Origin: Octopus vulgaris | Lineage: Eukaryota | Direction of reading: 5' to 3' | Length of the DNA: 64,000 nt | Assembly: GCA_951406725.2 (NCBI GenBank) | Contig: OX597823.1 | Coordinates: forward strand, 69,936,001 to 70,000,000 | Part shown: in pieces, positions 55,797 to 64,000 of the stretch | Layout: every line of letters begins with the position of its first letter | Numbering within the stretch: the first letter of the stretch is position 1 | The notes under the pieces: generated by a model | What the model was told of the DNA's origin: nothing | Databases searched by the model: none | What the model saw: the letters and a program-made list of their open reading frames with translations, nothing else | Translations under genes and position numbers: made by a program

Positions 55797-56154
55797 CATG
55801 GTTTCTCTCCTTGTTTTTTCTGTGTACCTTTCTGAAGAAGAGCGTAGGCTCGAAAAGTAAAAAAAATTTTTCTATTCCTATATATATATATAGGGTGGTG
55901 CTATTAAGTTAGACATGGCCTGGACCAATTTTGGTCGAAACATATCTAAGTTTATCTAAGTTTATCTAAGTTTATATATATATATATATACGACGGGCTT
56001 CTTTCAGTTTTTGTCTACCAAATCCACTCACAAGGCTTTGGTCGACCCGAGGCTATAGTACAAGACAGTTGCCGAGGGTGCCACGCAGTGAGACTGAACC
56101 CGGAACCATATGGGTGAGAATCAAGCTTCTTACCACACAGCCACTTCTGCGCCT
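55585..56154 (-). mobile_element. SINE family B interrupted in its internal microsatellite
   Basis: 3' part at 55585-55760 and 5' part at 55990-56154; inserts in between include a hammerhead mini-element. Confidence 0.8.
55828..55863 (+). ncRNA. Decayed minimal type I hammerhead
   Basis: cuuu-CUGAAGA-a-gagc(guag)gcuc-GAAAa-GUA-aaaa; stem III is mutated; sister of 57531-57566. Confidence 0.55.
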
Positions 56155-57377
56155 ATGTTCTAAAAAAATGTTTATAACATTCTAGTATCTTCGTGTTATA
56201 ATTCATTTTTACAAACGCGACGTGTGTATGTTGTATGCTGAATGTAGCGTTGTGTAGCGATATGATTATTGCTTCCAGTCAATCGTCTGTTTCTTTTAGG
56301 AATTCTATATGGTATGGAAGTAATTGCTATTAATGTTTCCCTATCTAGCTTTGCTTTATGATGTCTTATTTATTTTGAAATGTTTTAAAATGCCAGTGTA
56401 ACAGTTGTAATTAGGAATTTTGTAACTTTCTCTTTCACAGTCAGATTTGCAAATGAAATAGACCATTCTTAGTTTGCTCTGACTTTTACATACCTGTCAG
56501 GAATTGTGAATAAGTAGCTTGTTTGTTTTTTAATCTTATTGTCTTGTAATATATTACTAATGCCATAATATGATGCATTATGCAGTTTGTTCTACGTGAT
56601 GTTTGATTATGTGTTCGTCTCTTCTATACCTGGTATGCTTTTAATTTATGTAATGCACTTTTTGTGTCATTAAATAGGGCACTGTCTAATGTATTTATTA
56701 CATTATATTTCTGCCTACACTCATTAGATGTTTGGTCTACAAGTCGATTTGAAATCTGTTGTTAGTACTGTTTTATTCTGTGGATTTCTTTATCTAGTGC
56801 TTCATCGGTAAGAAATAATCTGAATGCTCTCCTAAGTAATTATTTTACCACAGGCATTTCGTACTTTTATAAGCATTCGCTATATCAGTGTACGTTGAGC
56901 ATTAGTTTGTGTATTTCGTATGAACTGATGTTTTGTATGTACTGTTTTTATTCTGAATGTTTACGTCTAAAAAGGAAGAAGTTTTAGTATTTTTTTATGT
57001 TAAATTATAGTAATTATCCTCATTTAATTTCTCAGCTACTAAAACTTGGTAAATTTGGGGAATAAAAACATTAAAACATTGATGATAAACTTCGAGACCT
57101 GTCTTATGATGAGTGCAATAAAAATAAATACTGACAAAAGTATAACCAAATACTCATAAGGAGACTCAAGTTAGCCGCATACGACTTTCACCATAATGAC
57201 CAAGTAAAAATGTACACAGTCTGTTCGTAGACAGACAATGCACAAATCAACAATTAAAGACAAAAACAAGTTTACAAAGATTCAAATGATAACACCAAGT
57301 AATTAGAAATCAAATTAAGTAAAATATTTACAATAAATAGAAACATCATACTTTCATAACATTGAAGAAGAATTCGT

Positions 57378-57458
<81 letters not shown>

Positions 57459-57530
57459 TAGATTGATAGATCGTTAGCCATTATACACATTTTTGTCTCT
57501 CCTTGAATCTCTCCTTGTTTTTCTGTGACC

Positions 57531-57566
57531 CTTTCTGTAGAAGAGCGTAGGCTCGAAACGTAAAAG
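57531..57566 (+). ncRNA. Minimal type I hammerhead variant in a ~200-bp (TA)n-embedded element (~57458-57658)
   Basis: cuuu-CUGUAGA-a-gagc(guag)gcuc-GAAAC-GUA-aaag; one core substitution. Confidence 0.6.
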
Positions 57567-57654
57567 ACTTTCTCTATTCCTGAGCGTTATACTACTACAT
57601 CTGTTTGTTTTGTACACCACCTGTCTTCGTCTTTTGTGTATTTTCGTAAACTCT

Positions 57655-57718
<64 letters not shown>

Positions 57719-57720
<2 letters not shown>

Positions 57721-58260
57721 GAAAATACCTAAATATAACAACTCACTCCGACGCATGATATCCCGAATAAGTACATTTACACATAAAAACGCTAAACAAA
57801 TATATGTCAGTATCGAAACAAACAAATCAGGGAATTACAATATCAGGTCATCAGAAGAATACCTAGATGTTTTCAGAAGAAGCAAACGAAATAGGTGCCA
57901 CTTCTAGCCTACATGATGAAATACTTTTCACTAATATTCCAGTAACAGAAACAATCAAAATTAGATAATGTATGCAAAGATTCAGAAACAAAGATACCTA
58001 TGATACCGACTAACGAAAAACTGCTAGTAACCTGTACAACGGAAGTACCATTTTACAGTCCACAAACCAAACCATATAAACAGGAGATGGAGTAACAATT
58101 GGTTCTACCCGAGGGCCCATGTTTGTCAAATTCTACCTAGCAGCAATAGAAAGCAGAATAATACCTGAACAGAAATATTTATAATATATATTAGTTGTAA
58201 TGACCACATCAAAACATGTTGAGAAATAAAAGGAGAACCTATAGAACAAGTCAATGACAA
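57719..58260 (+). pseudogene. Penelope-like reverse transcriptase fragment
   Basis: KIPKYNNSLRRMIS, LFTNIPVTETI, LLVTCTTEVPFYSP and DGVTIGSTRGPMFVKFYL across frameshifts. Confidence 0.8.
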
Positions 58261-59348
58261 GGCTACCATTAAATCACTTGTATGATTTATCCTATAGGCT
58301 TACAAACAGTTTCAATCTAACCAATTTCGTTCACAAAGCTCGGCTCCAACTGAGGCAATGGTGAGGGAAGGTTGCCTAACACAACTGCTGGGATCGACAC
58401 CACGACTTCGTGATTACAAAGCGAACTTGTTATCAATTTCGCCATGCTGCGGCCATGGGTTTATTAAATCATGGCTTACTCGGATTAAGCAGGAACAATA
58501 AAGTACAGTTAGCTACAAAACAGATTCACCTGTTAACTTTTAAGAGTGTTGCCCACTGACAAACAAGCACAGCAAGGTGACATTGCCGCCAGCAAGAATG
58601 AACCAATACCCTCTTAATGGTTTTCTAGTATCCTATCAGCTCGGCAACATACACTCAAATTCCATAGAATCAATTGTATATTTTACTTCTCAAATTCTAT
58701 TATTCGCTTTGTGTTTGTAACTATAGACATATGAAACTGTAAATGGTTTGGCAAGAAAACAACTCCTGATGACTACTCCTCGAACATATTTATTCTAACA
58801 TATTCAGAACATATTCACTGTTTATTTTAGACAAAAAAAAATGTGTATTTTCTTCTCCATTCTTAAAGCGGACAATAAAATCTGATACTTCAAAATCAAT
58901 TGAAACAAATATGCGATTTCGTATTGAATCCACTAAATTGTAACGTCAATTTCATAGTTTTCATTTTAATATGCTCCTTTAAATTTAATAATAAACAGTA
59001 AAGTATTCATTCCAGGACTTCTGTTAGAATAACATGTCCATTGAAACCATTTTACTATGATAATTTTCTCCACAAACAACTTCCACGACAAAACAACGTG
59101 AGGGCTTCAATGTTGTCGCTCGACATGTGACATTTAAATTGAGAGCGATGTGAGTGGTCAAATCTCTTTCAATTTAAATCTTTTTCCCTTCAAAAATTAT
59201 AAGCGGGATAGTTTTATACAAAGTACAATAATATATTTCACAAAATAAGCTCAGTCGGATGGTCATGGAAGAAATACGTTTCAGTATAGGTCTGACTCGA
59301 TCAGCACTAATCTGGTGCAATTAACAACGACAGTAACAACACTTTCAA

Positions 59349-59782
59349 AGGCGGCGAGCTGGCAGAAACGTTAAGCACGCCGGGCGAAATGCGTAGCCGT
59401 ATTTCGTCTGCCGTTATGTTCCGAGTTCAAATTCCGCCGAGGTTGACTTTACCTTTCATCCTTTCGGAGTCGATTAAATAAGTACCAATTACGCACTGGG
59501 GTCGATATAATCGACTTAATCCGTTTGTCTGTCCTTCTTTGTCCCCTCTATGTTTAGCCCCTTGTGGGCAATATAGAAATAAGAAACGTTAAGCACGCCG
59601 GGCGAAATGCTTAGCGGTATTTTGTCTGTCTTTATATTCTGAGTTTAATTCCGCCGAGGTCGACTTTGCCTTTCATCCTTTCGGGGTCGATAAATTAAAC
59701 ACCAGTTCGGTACTGGGGTCTATATAATTTACTGGCCCCCTCCCCCAAAATTTCGGCCCTTGTGCCTAGAGAAGAAAAGAAT
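59349..59782 (+). mobile_element. SINE family A dimer
   Basis: Head ggcggcgagctggcagaaacgttaagc, two bodies and the terminal tail. Confidence 0.9.
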
Positions 59783-60042
59783 AACAACGCTTTCATTAGT
59801 ATCACTAAAACGAGATATTACAGAGACTTTTAATGATATTATTGCTAAAACGAGCAGAAATATCACCCGGAAAAGTAGAACTCAGTATATGAGAATATAT
59901 ACATTTTTTTACATATTTTTAATCGGCAGAAATGCAAAAATGACTCGAGGGCCGATAGTTTCACTCGGCACTTTCATAAATACCACATAACAAACTATCG
60001 CCTGCTCGTCTTTTCTGAATATGTACATATGTGTATATATAA

Positions 60043-60103
<61 letters not shown>

Positions 60104-60107
<4 letters not shown>

Positions 60108-60434
60108 CGACTGTTGTTATCGCTAGGCCTAACTCATCGTAAAGTCAATAACACCATGACTGATATTCAATCTACAGTGGAGAAGGCTAGCCACTGGATT
60201 TGGTTAAAAAGAGACGATGAGCGATAACTAGTAGTATATTGAGTTCTTCATAACCAGCTGATCTAGCAAGCGGGGCCTCATATCAGTGAGGGGGGGTCGG
60301 TGTGCATTGATGCCGTCGAGAGGTAGGCCCCGAAACGGCGCGCATTCTCTCCTGATGACCCCATACACTTGCTAGCTTCCGATATACGGAGCTTTTAACT
60401 GGTAGCACTTGCATGTGCAAGTTGTTTGCAAGAC
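60104..60434 (+). mobile_element. 5'-truncated HERO-like (RLE-class) non-LTR retrotransposon 3' end
   Basis: RRLLLSLGL..STVEKASHWIWLKRDDER* (stop 60225-60227) resembles the C-terminus of HERO-clade ORFs; a GC-rich structured 3' UTR follows; flanked by (TA)n. Confidence 0.65.
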
Positions 60435-61127
60435 ATATATATTATAAAATAAGAGCAGAAAAATTACATCATGAAATCTTACGATCGTTTAAGTCATTGG
60501 TTTTCTGGAGCACAGATAATAAATAGGTGTCTTTAGAGGGGATAGGTATATCCTTAAGTGATATTGCTAGATATTGTTTTTCCATTCTTAATGAATACAG
60601 TATTAAGTGCTCTTTTTATAGAAAGAACTCAATATATATCGTTAATCAAATATATTTAATGAGAATACTATATACTGAATTTCTAATAAGTGCTCTTGGT
60701 AGGGAAATGCCTAAAACATTAAAGGTATTCAGACATTTAATAAGACCGATTATATATTATATCATAAAATAAGAGCAGGAAAATTACATCCTAATATAAG
60801 ATGGTAATGTATAATTTGAGAGAAATTTGTTTACTGTCCATAATAGGTCGAGTTACTGTTTTGCTTTTTGTAAATAAGCATATTGAATACTTTGGGAGTG
60901 TGACAAATGTTATTTAACTATTTTAATATCGCATCTTTTCGCATACATATATAGCTCTACATCTTTTCGTATACATATACAGCTCTACATTTTCTAATAT
61001 TTTCCTTCCTAATCTAACATGATAAAATGTGATTTGAAGTAAATATGGTTGCTATTTCTAAAAGGTCGAGCAACTACAGAAAGGCTTTCCTCCATTGGTT
61101 CCACTTTTTTCATATTTCTTGTGGAGG

Positions 61128-61270
61128 CTGAGTTCAAATTCTGCTGAGGTCGACTTTGACTTCCATCCTTTCAGGGTCGATAAAATAAGTACCAATTTAG
61201 CACTGAGGTCAATGTAATCGACGAGTTACCTCCCCCAAAATATCAGGCCTTGTGCCTATAGTAGAAAGGA
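61128..61270 (+). mobile_element. SINE family A fragment
   Basis: ctgagttcaaattctgctgaggtcgactttg...ggccttgtgcctatagtagaaagga. Confidence 0.8.
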
Positions 61271-61655
61271 GTTTGAATAAACAGGCAGGCGAAAATATGA
61301 GTTTTTTTATTATTTCAGTAAAGTGATATACACTCCCATGCATCGTTTCATATCTTTGGTTGTACGGTTTTATTTAAGGGAAAAAAGGCTGTTATTTCTT
61401 GCAGGCCCAGTGACAAAGACCTCCTCTTGTTGGTTCGAAATAAACTTGCTTTCTGTTGTCTAGTCACAGATCAGACGTGATCGAGCAAAATTATGATGAA
61501 AGGCGTTCCAGTCGTGGTAATCCTCTCAATCAGAAATTTTAATGTCCAATACAAACTTTTTAAGACAGCAGTGTGACTGTGTGATTTTTCTGGGATTTGG
61601 CTGTTATTGTTAGCAAATCGAACACTCAAACTCTTTTATACTTGTTGAACCTCGG

Positions 61656-61753
<98 letters not shown>
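61656..61753. repeat. (GATA)n microsatellite
   Basis: Direct reading. Confidence 0.95.
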
Positions 61754-62069
61754 TAACACAGAAATCAAACTGCGAATTGCAATCGTCCAACTTGATTGAT
61801 ACCATTGAATTACAATAGAAAAGATTGACTGGTACTATTGCATAGCTGAAAAGGAATGGCATTTGAAATAGAGAAGTGAAAATATTTAGAAGGGTCTATC
61901 CTAGAAAATGAAAGAAAAATGGTGGGAGAACTGAAACGGATTGCCTAAAGAGACGAAATTATGTATTTATGCGAAAGAAATCGAAATTGATCAATAGAAT
62001 TGGTAGACCGTATATATGAAAAAATGTAATTAATAATTATAGTAACAGCAGAATTGAGAACATTATTAA

Positions 62070-62279
62070 TACTGGTTTCAAATTTTGGCACAAAACCAGC
62101 AATTTTTGTGGAGTGGTAAGTCGATTATATCGATCCCGGCACTCAATGAGCACTCATTTTATCGACCCTGAAAGGATGAAAGGCAAACTCGACTTCGGCG
62201 GAATTTGAACTCAGAACGTAAAGGCGAGCGGAAAACCGCTAAGCCTAGCGCGCTAACGATTCTGCCAGCTCACCGCCCT
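62070..62279 (-). mobile_element. SINE family A copy
   Basis: The minus strand starts agggcggtgagctggcagaatcgttagc. Confidence 0.8.
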
Positions 62280-62894
62280 GATCATTATTGATGTTTGATG
62301 CTGTTGTCGACAAAAAGTCGTCTTACTTCGGAGTAAAGAATACGGTTTTTCCGATCGGAAATGACGTCAGTTACACACGCATAGAAAGACTGCGTTATTT
62401 TGAAAAATAGAGTATTAAGCAGTGACATGTGGGTTTTTCTCAGATTTTTCTCAGACATGTGGGTTTTTCTCATGTGGTTGACATTTTTAGCATCACAAGT
62501 TTCCCCGTAAAGTGGGCATCGTATTCGACTGGTTTGTACGTTTGGCATTGCGCGACCGTGTTTGAGGGAAAATAAATAAGTCGGCTGCATGAGACATGGC
62601 TCACCATCAAGCGAGCTGCATTACTGAAAAGAAAAACCTGGAAATAATTCGTTAGACGTGCTATTCAGAAATTCCCGCCGGCCGCAAGTTTCCCATGACT
62701 GTTATTGAGATTCCCATGCTGACTCTGGTTTGTGTATGTATATATATGTGTGTGTGCATGTGTGTATGTTTGTTGTTCTATGAATATGTAGGGTTTCGTT
62801 TATGCGCGTGGACGTTGTGTATGTGTAATATAATAATTCATACGCGTGATAAAAAATGTGTATGTTGTTCTCGTTATTATTTAAACCAAGGCCA

Positions 62895-63012
62895 AGGTGG
62901 CGAACTGACAGAATCGTCAGCACGCCGGGCAAACAGCTTAACGGCATTTCGTCCGTCTTTTCGTTCTGAGTTCCAATTGCTCCGAGGTCGACATTGCCTT
63001 TCATACTTTCGA
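62895..63012 (+). mobile_element. SINE family A 5' fragment
   Basis: aggtggcgaactgacagaatcgtcagcacgccggg...gcctttcatac. Confidence 0.75.
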
Positions 63013-63369
63013 GGTTTTTATGTTTTCCGTGAAATTTTCAATGGTCTAGCTAGTATTGTAATAATAATAATAATAATAATAGTGATAATAATAATGATTT
63101 CAATGAAAGACTTCCTGGAATAGTCCACGAAGGTGAAGAAAGAACGTCCTAGAAAATCCAAGGATGGGGAGGATGGATTTCATGGAAAAGACTCTCACTC
63201 CCTCAGTCTTTCTCTCTTACTTCCACTCTCACGCTTTTCCACTTCAAAGAAGAAAGTGTGACGCACACAACAGGTACGTAGACAAATAAAAAGTTAGCGT
63301 ATTAATATTATTGATATATATCATGGCGAATAGTATATACATAGACACACACACACACATATATACATA

Positions 63370-63449
<80 letters not shown>

Positions 63450-63589
63450 AACATACATTTATATATGTTTAAACAATTCGTGTTATTATTATAGATGCGT
63501 GGCGTTCGATCATATAAAAATATAATATATAAATATATGCATATATACATACATATATGTACATACCTACATCTATATGCATATATACA

Positions 63590-63960
63590 TGCATATGGGT
63601 ACAGGACATCGAAAAAACGTTGAACACAATGAGAAACGAAAACATAAAAACAAAAACATGGAAACGAACTTTTTTTCAAACACCGAAAAAAACAGAGTAC
63701 AAGACATACAACACAAGGAATATTTCCCCTCTTCAGTTGTCCCTGTTTCGTCTACTCCACATTTCGAAGGTAAGGACAAAATGCGACTTCGTTGAAACAG
63801 TCCCTCCCGCAAAGCAAATTAAATAAAATTTGTAATTCTTTGTAGAAGGGTAAAAGTGGTAACAAGAACAGGACAGTAAGAACCAAACAATACAGTAAAA
63901 GACAAAACAAAGAGAATAACACAGTAAAAACAAACGATGAGGGTTGTTAAGCCAAGACGA
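63590..63960 (-). mobile_element. Repeat family E copy 3 (diverged subfamily)
   Basis: Shared end tcctgtacccatatgcat; permuted hammerhead-like motif at 63726-63785. Confidence 0.7.
63726..63785 (-). ncRNA. Candidate non-circularly permuted hammerhead ribozyme
   Basis: cgcaUU/uugucc-uuac-cuuc-GAAA-ugug..ggacaa-CUGAAGA-gggg on the minus strand. Confidence 0.55.
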
Positions 63961-64000
63961 CGGAAAAATTATTCTGAACGCTTGAAGAGACAGCTTATGA

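Noticed and set aside
60444-60790. 27-bp direct repeat ataaaataagagcag(a/g)aaaattacatc around ~290 bp
   Set aside because: Could be a duplication or retroelement remnant, but I could not recognise the enclosed sequence.

Overview
AT-rich eukaryotic non-coding DNA. It looks like an intron or intergenic region of a coleoid cephalopod, most likely Octopus, inferred from the SINE families and extreme microsatellite load. I found no host protein-coding exon, and nearly all ORFs in the track are microsatellite or repeat read-throughs. The window is a mosaic of mobile DNA: one full-length decayed mariner (4727-6018), a hAT MITE with a perfect 8-bp TSD, three non-autonomous Helitrons, fragments of RTE, Penelope-like and HERO-like non-LTR retroelements, three tRNA-headed SINE families, and two copies of an (AAT)n-embedded element. 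The most interesting signal is RNA-structural, with about ten hammerhead-ribozyme-like cores. (i) Minimal type I hammerheads occur in short (TA)n-embedded elements and in a tRNA-headed foldback element. (ii) Three copies of a repeat carry hammerhead strands in a non-circularly permuted order with compensatory base changes (27040-27102, 41027-41086, 63726-63785), and a similar arrangement sits in the HERO-like 3' UTR. There is also a near-perfect 1.55-kb palindrome and a 106-bp-arm hairpin. All calls were made by eye, and boundaries of degenerate repeats are approximate.
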